DNA of 64,000 bases, from assembly GCA_963719315.1 (NCBI GenBank), contig CAVRBU010000004.1, positions 544,001-608,000 of the forward strand, in the 5' to 3' direction. Below the pieces are notes generated by a model, which was not told the DNA's origin, ran no database searches, and saw only the letters and a list, made by a program, of their open reading frames with translations. The stretch comes from an uncultured Planctomycetota bacterium (GTDB lineage: Bacteria; Planctomycetota; Planctomycetia; Pirellulales; Lacipirellulaceae). Positions 10,914-20,597 of this stretch are shown one piece after another. Positions within the stretch are counted from its first letter, which is position 1; every line of letters begins with the position of its first letter. Both the position numbers and the translations under genes were made by a program.

Positions 10914-11459
10914 CTACGCTACCGTCGCGGCGCACATTACTTCGATAATCGCCCGGCAGAATTGGGGCAGGTCGTCCGGCTTGCGGCTCGAAATGAAATT
11001 GCGATCGACGACCACCGGCGCGTCTTCCCAAATGGCGCCGGCATTCACCAGGTCGTCTTTAATACCGGGCGAACCCGTCACGCGCACGCCGCGGTAGACA
11101 CCCGCAGAAATTGGAATCCAGCCGCCGTGGCAAATCGCGGCCACCAGCTTTTCTCTCGCGGCGAATTCGCGGACGAGCCGCTTTACCTTGTCGTCGCGAC
11201 GGAGCTTTTCGGGCATGAAGCCGCCCGGAATCACGACGCCGTGGAAGTCGCTGCTCTCCATGAGCGCGATCGCCGCATCGGAACGGCACGGATAACCGTG
11301 CTTGCCTTGGTAGACCGTTTCGCCCTTCGGCCCGGCGACCGTGACGTGCGCTCCGGCTTCGGCCAGTCGCAGCTTCGGGTACCACAACTCGAGGTCCTCA
11401 TAGTCGTCGCCGACAAACATCAACAACCGGAGGTCGGCCAATGGTTGATCGTGAGACAT
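10914..11459 (-). CDS. PfpI/DJ-1 family type 1 glutamine amidotransferase-like protein
   Basis: YEDLELWYP, IPGG, AAICHG nucleophile elbow, SRKPDDL. Confidence 0.95.
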   Translation of the reverse strand: MSHDQPLADLRLLMFVGDDYEDLELWYPKLRLAEAGAHVTVAGPKGETVYQGKHGYPCRSDAAIALMESSDFHGVVIPGGFMPEKLRRDDKVKRLVREFAAREKLVAAICHGGWIPISAGVYRGVRVTGSPGIKDDLVNAGAIWEDAPVVVDRNFISSRKPDDLPQFCRAIIEVMCAATVA

Positions 11460-11477
11460 GGCATAGCTCCTTTACGG

Positions 11478-11686
11478 TTAGTCCGTTGTCCGTTGTAAGT
11501 AGTCCGTGGTCTCAAACGATTAACCGCGTCTAACAAATTGAACCGCCTAGTCGCCAAGGCGCCAAGAAAGGCAAAAACAGCATGCTATTCTCTTGGCCAC
11601 CTTGGCGCTCTTGGCGGTTTGATTGTTTTTGTTAGAAGCTTTAAGCAAGATTGCTGCGGACAACGGACTATGGGCCACGAACAACT
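11478..11686. repeat. Inverted heptamer arms (GTCCGTT / AACGGAC) enclosing a CGCCAAG...CTTGGCG palindromic element
   Basis: TAGTCCGTTGTCCGTTGTAA vs TTGCTGCGGACAACGGACTA; inner AACCGCCTAGTCGCCAAGGCGCCAAG...CTTGGCCACCTTGGCGCTCTTGGCGGTT. Confidence 0.75.
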
Positions 11687-11692
11687 AAACTT

Positions 11693-13048
11693 CTACCGCG
11701 CCGCCCGCTGGTTGGCCAGTTGCTCCAGCGCGTCGCAGGCCGCGGCGAGGGCGGCGGGGCCGTTGCAACGCGACGCCAGGTCGCGGCAACGAGCCGCGAT
11801 GGTGGGGGAATCGAGCATGATCGCAAGCGCGGTAGCGACACTGGGGCCGGTGAATTTTCCCACCGCAATCTCCCGCGCGACACCCAGTCGCACGAGCCGC
11901 CGCGAATTGTCGAATTGGTCGTACGACATCGGCCGCACGATTTGCGGCACGCCGGCGGCGAGGCCCTGGGCACAACTGCCGATGCCGCCGTGATGCACGA
12001 GCGCGGCCGTATGCGGCAGCAATTTGCTCATCGGCACGAAACCGACGTGACACACCGATTCGGGCAAGTTCGCCGGCAATTGGTGGCCGTACTTGGTCAG
12101 CAGGATGCCGCGTCGGCCCAATCGTGCACAAACATCGACCGCTGCCGTAAAGAACTGCTGCGCTTCGCGATTCGCGGAGCCGGGCGAGAAAGCGATCGGA
12201 GGCGTACCGGCCGCTAGGAAATCCTGTACCTCGATCGGAAGACCATCGGTTTGGCGCTGGCTCTGTCCGTGCTTGTCGGTATTGCTGCAAAGAGCACTGG
12301 CGGAGCCAGCGGCGCCCTCGTTCAACGGCGTCTCTGCCGGAGTCGGCGAATCCCACAATGGAAAGCCGACGGCGCGGGAATTCGCCGGCCAATCGGGCTG
12401 CAGCGGACCAAACCAATCGGGAAACAACCCTAGCATCAGATCGGATTCGAACAGCCAATGATTGAAGATTCGTTGTGTACGCGGCAACCCGAGATCGGCG
12501 CGCAAGGCATTGAGTTCCGGCCCGAGCAGCGGCATTGCGAACAGCCGGTCGGAAGCCCAGAATTGCACGCGCTTCAGCCAGCGTGGCACGCGCGGGCCCA
12601 GCATCGCCCCCTTGAGCCGCGGCGAATCGTAGAGCGACCACAACACGCCCGGGGCGAAGATCGTGCTCGCTACGGGCGCCCCCAGTTTTTCGCCCGCCAC
12701 GCGACTTGCCAGGTCCATCGCGTGCGCACAAAACACGGTTTCACCCGGCACATAGTTGGCGACTAGCAGATCGTACAGCGGCCGCAGCATCCGAGCCGAC
12801 GCATAGGACAGCACTAACTTCGGGCCGCGGATGTGGTGCCACAGGTCGGGGTGCTGCGTTAGCTCGACGTACTGCTCTCGCGTCCCCAGCGGTAAGAGTT
12901 CCAAACCCGCCCCGGCGACGACGTCTTCGAAATACGGATTCGTGACGATCTTCACTCGGTGCCCGCGCGCCGCGAGCGCTGCACCAAGCCCCGCCATCGG
13001 ATGCACGTCGCCGTAACTGCCCAAGCCGGTAATCAGGAATTGCGTCAT
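11693..13048 (-). CDS. GT1 family glycosyltransferase (RhlB/UDP-glycosyltransferase-like)
   Basis: GSYGDVHP, HHGGIGS, GVPQIVRPMSYDQFDN motifs. Confidence 0.92.
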   Translation of the reverse strand: MTQFLITGLGSYGDVHPMAGLGAALAARGHRVKIVTNPYFEDVVAGAGLELLPLGTREQYVELTQHPDLWHHIRGPKLVLSYASARMLRPLYDLLVANYVPGETVFCAHAMDLASRVAGEKLGAPVASTIFAPGVLWSLYDSPRLKGAMLGPRVPRWLKRVQFWASDRLFAMPLLGPELNALRADLGLPRTQRIFNHWLFESDLMLGLFPDWFGPLQPDWPANSRAVGFPLWDSPTPAETPLNEGAAGSASALCSNTDKHGQSQRQTDGLPIEVQDFLAAGTPPIAFSPGSANREAQQFFTAAVDVCARLGRRGILLTKYGHQLPANLPESVCHVGFVPMSKLLPHTAALVHHGGIGSCAQGLAAGVPQIVRPMSYDQFDNSRRLVRLGVAREIAVGKFTGPSVATALAIMLDSPTIAARCRDLASRCNGPAALAAACDALEQLANQRAAR

Positions 13049-13190
13049 GAATCCTCGGGGCGTTCACTTTCTTGCCGCTACGCCGCAAGCGAGGGGCAAA
13101 GGGAAATGGAACTTGTCACTATAAGCGCTCTGGCCGACAATGAAAAATGCATTTCGGGTCTCGATTCTCGACTCTCCGCCCACGGCTTCC

Positions 13191-14006
13191 ATGGACGATC
13201 TCGAACGCGATAAGTTCTACGTTGCACCGCCGGACTCCGACGGCGACGAGTACGAGTTGGAAGCGCCCGATGAGGCCGCCGAAGAGCTCCGCAAACAGGC
13301 GGTTTTGAATTCGATCAGGTCCAAGATTGATATCGACGAAGTATATCGCGAAGCGGAGCACAACCGCGGCGGGGAGATTCTTGAGAATTGGCTCCGCAAC
13401 TTTCACTTTCGTTTTCAGTTTCGAGTCAAGCATCTGCTCATCGCCACGGCGGTGTTGGCGATCGCGCTGACGCTCATCAAGTTGAAACTATTCTGGATGG
13501 CCGTCATCGTGCTGTTCATGCTATCCGTCGCCGGATTGTACGGCTATCTGAAGTGGGAGGAGCGAAAACATCAGGCCGAGGCCGATCGCAGGCGCGAAGA
13601 GCTGTATGCACGGCGCCGGGCGCAATTCGCGCCCCGGCTGCCGGGGCACATCGTCGGTGATCCGCTCGCCGCGACTGAATCAAGCATTCCCGACGTGCCA
13701 CAGCCGCCCAACGAAGTCGAACGCATCTGGTTGGAGTCGATGGAACGGGAGAAGTTTCGCTTTCAATTCTCGCTCCGCGAGCTGATCATTGCCATGACCA
13801 CCGCCGCGGTGGTGTTGGGATTGATTCGCCTGCTGGGAAGCCCGGCGGCGACGGCCACCGTGTTAGGTTTGGTTGCGCTGTTCGGACTGTTAATTTTCGC
13901 TTTGGGTTTCGAGCCGCCGCAGATCGTGGTATTCGGCTGGTGGTTCACGCTGGTCCTGTACGTGCTCTTGAGCATCTTCGCCGCCGTGTGGAGCGGTTTT
14001 GGCTGA
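13191..14006 (+). CDS. Membrane protein with two RFQF(S/R)xxxLL-type planctomycete motifs
   Basis: RFQFRVKHLLIATAV and RFQFSLRELIIAMTT each followed by TM helices. Confidence 0.75.
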   Translation: MDDLERDKFYVAPPDSDGDEYELEAPDEAAEELRKQAVLNSIRSKIDIDEVYREAEHNRGGEILENWLRNFHFRFQFRVKHLLIATAVLAIALTLIKLKLFWMAVIVLFMLSVAGLYGYLKWEERKHQAEADRRREELYARRRAQFAPRLPGHIVGDPLAATESSIPDVPQPPNEVERIWLESMEREKFRFQFSLRELIIAMTTAAVVLGLIRLLGSPAATATVLGLVALFGLLIFALGFEPPQIVVFGWWFTLVLYVLLSIFAAVWSGFG

Positions 14007-14092
14007 ACCTGTGGCATGGTCGGCGTGTCCGCAACACGACGATTCAATGATTCTGGTTCTCGACCCTTGACACCTAAACCCTTGACTTCCTC

Positions 14093-14665
14093 ATGCACGC
14101 CGCCGCTATGCATCAGAGTGCGATTGAATTAGAGCAATGCCTCCCCGAAGTGCTGGCGTCGCCGCGCGACGCAGGGCGGCTGAATGCGATCTTCGTGCGC
14201 CCGACCGCCAACGAGCGCCGCTCGCTCGCCGAAGCCCGGCTCTCGCCGGAGGGCGGCATCGACGGCGACCGCTGGGTGAGCGACAGCTACTATCGATTGC
14301 CGGACGGCCGCTCCGACCCGCGCTGCCAAGTCTCGCTGATGAATGCCCGCCTGTTGCGGCAAATCGCCGGCCAGGAAGACGCTATGTGCCTCGCGGGCGA
14401 TAACCTGATCGTCGATCTCGACCTGAGTGAGGAAAACCTGCCGACCGGCAGCCAATTGGCAATCGGCACGGAGGTGATCATCGAGTTCAGCGATTTGCCG
14501 CACACTGGCTGTGGGAAGTTCGCACAACGTTACGGCAACGACGCCCGCGCGTTCGTCAATGCCAAGCACCGCCAACCGCTCCACTTGCGCGGCCGCTACG
14601 CAATGATCGTCCGAGGCGGGGAAGTGCGTTTAAGCGATACGGTGACCAAGCACTCGGCAATGTAG
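14093..14665 (+). CDS. MOSC domain-containing protein
   Basis: GIDGDRW, QVSLMN, AGDNLIVDLDLS, PHTGCGKF, LRGRYA. Confidence 0.88.
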   Translation: MHAAAMHQSAIELEQCLPEVLASPRDAGRLNAIFVRPTANERRSLAEARLSPEGGIDGDRWVSDSYYRLPDGRSDPRCQVSLMNARLLRQIAGQEDAMCLAGDNLIVDLDLSEENLPTGSQLAIGTEVIIEFSDLPHTGCGKFAQRYGNDARAFVNAKHRQPLHLRGRYAMIVRGGEVRLSDTVTKHSAM

Positions 14666-15139
14666 TGCTCGCCGCTGCTCGCCGAGGTGTTTAGCGATAG
14701 GTTCATGCTCGGCATTCTCTTGAATCCAATCATCTTGGTCGGTGACGCCCTTTTGCGACACTTCTCCACCCGGGTTGTGCCAAAATCACAAGCGGCCGGC
14801 CATTCTGCCCCATCCGTCGGCCATAGAAACTGCCGAAATCGTAACAATTTCGCGGTTTGCAGAGCCGTTCACGGCCCTTTCCATCGAAGTGGTCTTAGGC
14901 CCGTCGTTGACGACGGGTTGGTGAGAGCCCACGAAGCAGCACCAAGCCCTGTTTACAGGGCTTCTCGCGGCTTCAATCTGCTAAACGGTTGCCCGAAATC
15001 AGCCTCGCCCTGGCCAAATTTCGGGGAAATTCCTCGCTCAAACGTGCGGCAAATACTAGCAATTCCGTGGCTATGAACTAGACTCAAAGAAAGACAGAAG
15101 GGCTAGATTTAGACTTTTCAACCGCCACGGAGTCCTACC

Positions 15140-15712
15140 ATGTCCAGTGAATTAATGACCCCTACTTCCGGCCACGAACTACATTCGGTGCGCGATCAAT
15201 GGTGGTGTTTTCTAGCTATGGGGATCGCACTCGTGATCCTGGGGTCGATTTGTATCGCAACGCCCTTTCTGGCGGGGGTGACGGCAGTCGTCGTGTTTGG
15301 TTTCCTGCTGCTGGCCGCCGGCATCACGCAAGTCGTGAGTTCGTTCTGGTCCGGCAAGTGGAGCGGTATGTTGCTCCATCTCCTAATCGGTGTCTTGTAC
15401 ATGGTCGTGGGCTTTATGATTATCGATGCCCCCGTGGAGAACACGCTGCTGCTTACCAAGCTGATCGCCATCTTCCTGATCGTCACCGGCATCTTCGACA
15501 TCGTGGCGGCGCTGGCTCACCGGTTCCACGGTTGGGGCTGGGTGCTCTTGAACGGGTGCATCACGTTGTTGCTCGGCCTGTTGATCAACAAGCAATGGCC
15601 TAGCTCCGGGTTATGGGTCATCGGCCTGTTCGTGGGGATCGAGATGATCTTCAACGGCTGGGGCTGGATCATGCTCTCGATGGGATTGAAAGCGTCGAAG
15701 CGGCCCGCTTAA
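15140..15712 (+). CDS. HdeD / DUF308 family membrane protein
   Basis: WWCFLAMGIALVILG...GWGWVLLNG...WPSSGLWVIGLFVGIEMIFNG. Confidence 0.9.
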   Translation: MSSELMTPTSGHELHSVRDQWWCFLAMGIALVILGSICIATPFLAGVTAVVVFGFLLLAAGITQVVSSFWSGKWSGMLLHLLIGVLYMVVGFMIIDAPVENTLLLTKLIAIFLIVTGIFDIVAALAHRFHGWGWVLLNGCITLLLGLLINKQWPSSGLWVIGLFVGIEMIFNGWGWIMLSMGLKASKRPA

Positions 15713-15733
15713 GCGGCCATATGGATCGAGATC

Positions 15734-16243
15734 TCACCGTAGCGGCGGCTTGCCCATCAGGCGACGCAGCATCGCGATCTGGCCGGCATGCACAAGTTCG
15801 TGCTGCGGGCTGTAGTCGATCGCGCCGAGTTTAGTTTTGAATGCCGGATGGGGCGGATCGACCGGCGCATCGAGCTCGGCGTTGTCCACCAACGGCAACT
15901 CGGCAAGAACTTGTTCGTGCACGTCGGCGAACACGCGCTGAATCTCCTCCAGCGGCAGATTGTTCTTCGCGCCGGTCACCGGCTTCGATCCCAATTTGAA
16001 GGCATCGATGAAGGCGTCCGAGATCAGCGCTTCATCCTCGACCGTTCGGCCGCGGAGTCGCCGCAGGCAGAGATTGTACTGAGCAACCGCCAGGTGACCG
16101 ACCTGCCACGCGATGTGCGTCGTGAACACGGGAGGCGACCAGAACCATTCGTCCGGCGTGAGATCGGTCAAGAATTGGCGCGTATAGATCCGCGAACGTC
16201 GCAAGCGGTCGATCACGGCTTCCAAGCGAGCGGGCGTGGGCAT
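15734..16243 (-). CDS. DinB family protein
   Basis: THIAWQVGHLA and HELVHAGQIAMLRRLMG His motifs. Confidence 0.88.
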   Translation of the reverse strand: MPTPARLEAVIDRLRRSRIYTRQFLTDLTPDEWFWSPPVFTTHIAWQVGHLAVAQYNLCLRRLRGRTVEDEALISDAFIDAFKLGSKPVTGAKNNLPLEEIQRVFADVHEQVLAELPLVDNAELDAPVDPPHPAFKTKLGAIDYSPQHELVHAGQIAMLRRLMGKPPLR

Positions 16244-16328
16244 GGGTAAAGTCCCAGGTGACATCTAGGTAAATGCTTCCGCCACGATAGCACGACCGGC
16301 GGCGATACGCCAAGGAGGCCTGGCCGCA

Positions 16329-16450
16329 GGAGTTGTCCTGATTTGCGGCACAACAGTTTTGTAGCACGGACTTCAGTCCGTGATTCTCGTACGGACTTCA
16401 GTCCGTGCTACAAAGTTCCGGTCCGGACGGTGCCAAATTAGGACACCACC
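16329..16450. mobile_element. 122-bp MITE-like element (family B) with internal GTAG-REP doublet
   Basis: Terminal IRs GGAGTTGTCCTGATTT / AAATTAGGACACCACC; flanks TGGCCGCA / TGGCCGCC; near-identical same-length copy at 48685..48806. Confidence 0.8.
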
Positions 16451-16593
16451 TGGCCGCCCGATGCGGAGTTTTACCAATATGCCGTGTGCCAGCACCTACG
16501 CCTCGCGGCTGGTTTACTTTTCACGCCATATCCGTCAGACTGCTGTCTAGATGGCAGCCTCACTTTTGAGGCTTAATTCAAAGAGGAAAAACC

Positions 16594-18849
16594 ATGACAT
16601 CGCTACTCCGCATACGTCGCCGCGTTTCTTTTGCTTCCGTCGGACTTCTCGCATTAGCGCTCCTCGTACCGGTTGCCGCGGTCTGTTCGCAGCTACGCGC
16701 CGCCGACCTGGCCGAGCAGGCCCACTCACTTCGCCAGGCGCCGGCCGACTCGGCGTTCTATTCTTCCAGCCTGCGCCTGAAAGAGCAGTGGGACGCATTC
16801 GTTGGCAGCAAAGCCTACGCCAAGCTGTTGGAGATTCCGTTCGTTCAACTCGGCAAAATGCAGGTCTCGTTTCAGTGGCAACAATCGAACCAGCCCGCGA
16901 TTGCCCAAGTGCGTGAGTACATTGAATCGCCCGCGGGTAAAGACGCGATAGCTGTATTGAAAGACATGTTTTCCGACGAAGTCTTTGCCTACGGCGGCAG
17001 CAATATCGCGGAATCGGTGAAGTTCATCATGGAACTGAATTCGATGGCTCGACCGGTGCGCGGCAAAGTGAACGTCGATGGCGAGGATTCCAAAAGCGCG
17101 GTCGCCGAAAATGTGATCCAGAAGATCAAAGAGAAGCTCACGTCGGGTGTTTCCGTCCCCACGTTCGTGGTCGGTTTTCGAATCAAAGACGCGGCACGAG
17201 CCAAACGCGAACTAGACGAAGTCCATTCGCTGTTGCGCAACGTACTCGACGAGCACCAGCCCGAATTGGCGGCCCACTTGCAGCGCGATCAGATCGCCGG
17301 CCACGAGTTCTTGACGCTACGGCTCGACGGCTCGATGATCCCCTGGGAAAAGATTCGCGAAGAGTCCGAGGATAAAATCGACGAAGAAGATTTCAACGCG
17401 ATCCACGACGCCCTCAGCAAGCAAACGCTGGCCGTAGCGCTGGGCGTTGTGGACGAGTTCGTGGTGTTATCCGTGGGCGCTACGACGGAGCACCTCGAAA
17501 AAATGGGCAAAGGAGCAACGCTGGCCGAAAACCCGGCGATCCAACGGCTCCAAAAACACGCCGACCAGAAGGTGGTTTCGCTCACGTACATGAGCAAGGC
17601 GTTCGCACAAAGCCTGGGCTCCGCTCAACAAACGATGGACAGCGTTGCCACGTCGGTCGAGCAGGCGCTCGTCGAAGCGAAGGTGGACGAGGAAGATCGC
17701 CAGACGATCCTCGACGACATTCGCTCGTTCAACCTCGCCAAGTACATGCCCGAGCCGAGCGACACCTCGGCGATCGCTTATTTGACGGCCCGCGGGTACG
17801 AAGCGTATCAGTACACGTCGGCCACGCGGCCGATGATGGATAGTTCGAAGCCGCTGACGATCCTCAGCCACGTGGGCGGCAGCCCGTTGTTGCTGATCGC
17901 CTCGCGATCGAAAGAAAACATCGACGATTACAACGAGTTCGTGGCGTGGCTCAAGCGGATTGCCGGGCACGCGGAAAAACTCGCCGAGAAGAAAGTCGAC
18001 TCCGACGAGTGGGCGAAGTACCAGGAATACCGCGACCGCGGCGTCGCGCTGCTTGAGCGTTTGGACCAAGCTACCCGCGAGCAACTCTTCCCGGCGCTCG
18101 CCGACGGACAGAGCGCATTCGTGATGGACGTCGCGGCGAAGAGCCAACAATGGTTCGACCGGATGCCCGAGTCGCCCAAGCCGCTGCCGATGCTGGAGAT
18201 GGCGTTGGTCGTTAGCGTGAGCGACGCGGCGAAACTCCGCCAAGGTGTGAAAACCTACATCGATGTCGCTCGCGACGCTTACAAGTTGATGAAAGAGATC
18301 CACGACGAAACTCCGAAAATCAAGTTGCCCAAGGTCAAGGTGAGCGATCTGACGGGGGGCGGAAAGCTCTACGTCTATCCGCTGCCCAAGAAGTGGGGCA
18401 TCGATTCGCAGGTGGCCGTCAACGCGGGGCTGACCGAGACGTTTGCCGCCGCCAGCTTGATGCCGAAGACGACCGAGCGGTTGCTGCACGAGCAGGCGGC
18501 AAGCATCGATACGTCGTTGCCGTTAGATCATCCGGCCGCGATGGTGACGCACATCGAATTTGCCAAAATGATCGAGGCCACGCGCCCGTGGATCGACTAC
18601 GGCATGGATGTCGCCTCGGGTAAATTGAAACCGAAGGCCAAGAAAGACGAGGACAGTTCAGACGACTCGGACGACAACACGCCGCCGCCGGGTCGCTCCC
18701 AGGCGATGATCTCCATGGGCCTCATCGTGCCGCAGATCGAGCAGTTCCTAGAAGTGGCCACGGCCTTGCGGAGCGCCACGAGCATGACCTACGAAGAAGA
18801 CGGCTTGTGGGTCACGCACTCGGAGACGCACATCCAGGATTTGAAATAA
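16594..18849 (+). CDS. Secreted hypothetical protein (751 aa)
   Basis: Long ORF, GAGG RBS, N-terminal signal peptide, no recognisable catalytic motif. Confidence 0.85.
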   Translation: MTSLLRIRRRVSFASVGLLALALLVPVAAVCSQLRAADLAEQAHSLRQAPADSAFYSSSLRLKEQWDAFVGSKAYAKLLEIPFVQLGKMQVSFQWQQSNQPAIAQVREYIESPAGKDAIAVLKDMFSDEVFAYGGSNIAESVKFIMELNSMARPVRGKVNVDGEDSKSAVAENVIQKIKEKLTSGVSVPTFVVGFRIKDAARAKRELDEVHSLLRNVLDEHQPELAAHLQRDQIAGHEFLTLRLDGSMIPWEKIREESEDKIDEEDFNAIHDALSKQTLAVALGVVDEFVVLSVGATTEHLEKMGKGATLAENPAIQRLQKHADQKVVSLTYMSKAFAQSLGSAQQTMDSVATSVEQALVEAKVDEEDRQTILDDIRSFNLAKYMPEPSDTSAIAYLTARGYEAYQYTSATRPMMDSSKPLTILSHVGGSPLLLIASRSKENIDDYNEFVAWLKRIAGHAEKLAEKKVDSDEWAKYQEYRDRGVALLERLDQATREQLFPALADGQSAFVMDVAAKSQQWFDRMPESPKPLPMLEMALVVSVSDAAKLRQGVKTYIDVARDAYKLMKEIHDETPKIKLPKVKVSDLTGGGKLYVYPLPKKWGIDSQVAVNAGLTETFAAASLMPKTTERLLHEQAASIDTSLPLDHPAAMVTHIEFAKMIEATRPWIDYGMDVASGKLKPKAKKDEDSSDDSDDNTPPPGRSQAMISMGLIVPQIEQFLEVATALRSATSMTYEEDGLWVTHSETHIQDLK

Positions 18850-18851
18850 GA

Positions 18852-18920
18852 GGGGGCAGGATGCGGGATACAGGGAGCAGGGAAAGGCATTCCACTTCAA
18901 ACCCTGCACCCTGGACCCTT
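18852..18920. repeat. Empty inverted heptamer hairpin between convergent genes (possible bidirectional terminator)
   Basis: CAGGATG/CGGGATA/CAGGGAG/CAGGG arm vs ACCCTGC/ACCCTGG/ACCCT arm. Confidence 0.65.
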
Positions 18921-18928
18921 TCTCAATA

Positions 18929-20248
18929 TCAGCCCCGCTTGTCGAGCGGCACGAAGTCGCGCTTGTTCTCGCCAACGTAGACTTGCCGGGGCCGGCAGAT
19001 GCGCGTGTTCGGGTTTTGGTGCATCTCCAGCCAGTGGGCGATCCAGCCGGACAGCCGGCCCATCGCGAACAGCACGGTGAACATCGGCACGGGAATGCCG
19101 ATCGCCCGATAGATTACACCCGAATAGAAATCGACGTTCGGGTACAGCTTCCGCTCGATGAAATATTCGTCGTGCAGAGCGACTTCTTCCAACTGCTTGG
19201 CGATTTCGAAGATCGGATCGCTGATATGTCGCTTGGCCAGCAATTTATCGCAGGCGGATTTGATAATCGTGGCCCGCGGGTCGAAGTTCTTGTAGACGCG
19301 GTGGCCAAAGCCCATCAGCAAGAAGTCGTTGTCCTTGTCCTTGGCCATGTCGACGTACTTCTTGACGTTTCCGCCGTCGTTGGCGATGCGTTGCAACATG
19401 GCGACGCAGGCCTCGTTGGCTCCGCCGTGGAGCGGTCCCCACAACGCGCAGATACCGGCCGAGATCGAGGCGAACAGGTTGGCTTCCGAGGAACCCACCA
19501 TCCGCACCGTGGAGGTACTGCAATTCTGCTCGTGATCCGCATGCACGATCAGCAGCAAATTGAGCGCGTCGACGAAATCCGGATCCGCCTCGAAAGGCTC
19601 GGTGGGCACCGCGAACATCATTCGCAAAAAGTTCTCGCAATATCGCAGATCGTTGCGCGGATACACGAAAGGCTGCCCGATCGATTTCTTATAGGCGTAA
19701 GCCGCGATCGTCGGCAACTTGGCCAAGAGCCGCAGCACCGATCGATCGACCTGCTCGGGATCGGATACACTTAGCGAATCCTGGTAGAACGTGGAGAGCG
19801 CGCCGCACACCGAGCTGAGAATCGCGACCGGATGGGCATCGCGCGGGAAGCCGTCGTAAAAGAGACGCATATCTTCGTGCAGCATTGTGTGCCGACGGAG
19901 CTTATTGCGGAATTCCTCGAGCTTGGCCGCCGTGGGCAGTTCGCCGTACAGCAGCAAATACGACACTTCGATGAAATCGCAGTTCACGGCGAGCTGCTCG
20001 ATCGGGTAGCCGCGATACCGGAGGATGCCGGCCTCGCCGTCGAGAAATGTGATGGCACTGGTCGTGGAACCAGTGTTCATGTAGCCTTCGTCGTGCGTAA
20101 TGTAACCGGTCGTGGCCCGCAGCTTGGAGATATCGACGGCCCGTTCGCCCTCGGTGCCGACAACCATCGGCATGTCCAAACTGGCGTCGCCAAGCGTCAA
20201 CTTGGCAGTACCGACACTCGAGACTTTGCTTTCGAACACCTTATTCAT
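18929..20248 (-). CDS. gltA: Citrate synthase (type II)
   Basis: HADHEQNCST, WGPLHGGAN, GFGHRVYKNFDPRA, YPNVDFYSG. Confidence 0.98.
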   Translation of the reverse strand: MNKVFESKVSSVGTAKLTLGDASLDMPMVVGTEGERAVDISKLRATTGYITHDEGYMNTGSTTSAITFLDGEAGILRYRGYPIEQLAVNCDFIEVSYLLLYGELPTAAKLEEFRNKLRRHTMLHEDMRLFYDGFPRDAHPVAILSSVCGALSTFYQDSLSVSDPEQVDRSVLRLLAKLPTIAAYAYKKSIGQPFVYPRNDLRYCENFLRMMFAVPTEPFEADPDFVDALNLLLIVHADHEQNCSTSTVRMVGSSEANLFASISAGICALWGPLHGGANEACVAMLQRIANDGGNVKKYVDMAKDKDNDFLLMGFGHRVYKNFDPRATIIKSACDKLLAKRHISDPIFEIAKQLEEVALHDEYFIERKLYPNVDFYSGVIYRAIGIPVPMFTVLFAMGRLSGWIAHWLEMHQNPNTRICRPRQVYVGENKRDFVPLDKRG

Positions 20249-20341
20249 TCGGCCCTCTATCGGCTGGGTCGATCGTGGACGTGCGTTTGTGGCAACAGGC
20301 GGCTCGCCTGTCGCCGTTTACTAGGAGGAAACCGCAGGCTA

Positions 20342-20468
20342 GTGCTTTGTCACAGCTTGATTTTGGGATTAGCCGCGGGGCGCTAGCCCCCGGTTGGAGC
20401 GGCACAAACCGGGGGCTAGCGCCCGCGGCTGATGCGCCCAACCCCAATTTTTAGCTATGACAAAGCAC
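20342..20468. mobile_element. 127-bp MITE-like element (family A), TA/CTAG-flanked, with internal palindromic REP doublet
   Basis: TIR GTGCTTTGTCA / TGACAAAGCAC inside CTAG...CTAG; core AGCCGCGGGGCGCTAGCCCCCGGTT...AACCGGGGGCTAGCGCCCGCGGCT. Confidence 0.8.
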
Positions 20469-20597
20469 TAGCCGCCTGTCGCTAAAAAAATCGGATTTTC
20501 CGGGCAGCCTCTAAGTGTACCGACCTCGGCGTACGTGCACAACGGGCCAACGCCCACCCACCGGCAGGCACGGAAAATCGCGAAGCTTGTGCCGCGC

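Noticed and set aside
14687..15130. ORF or ncRNA in the long MOSC-HdeD gap
   Set aside because: The ORF is not protein-like; only short hairpins (AGCCCTG-TTTA-CAGGGCT); no recognisable RNA family.
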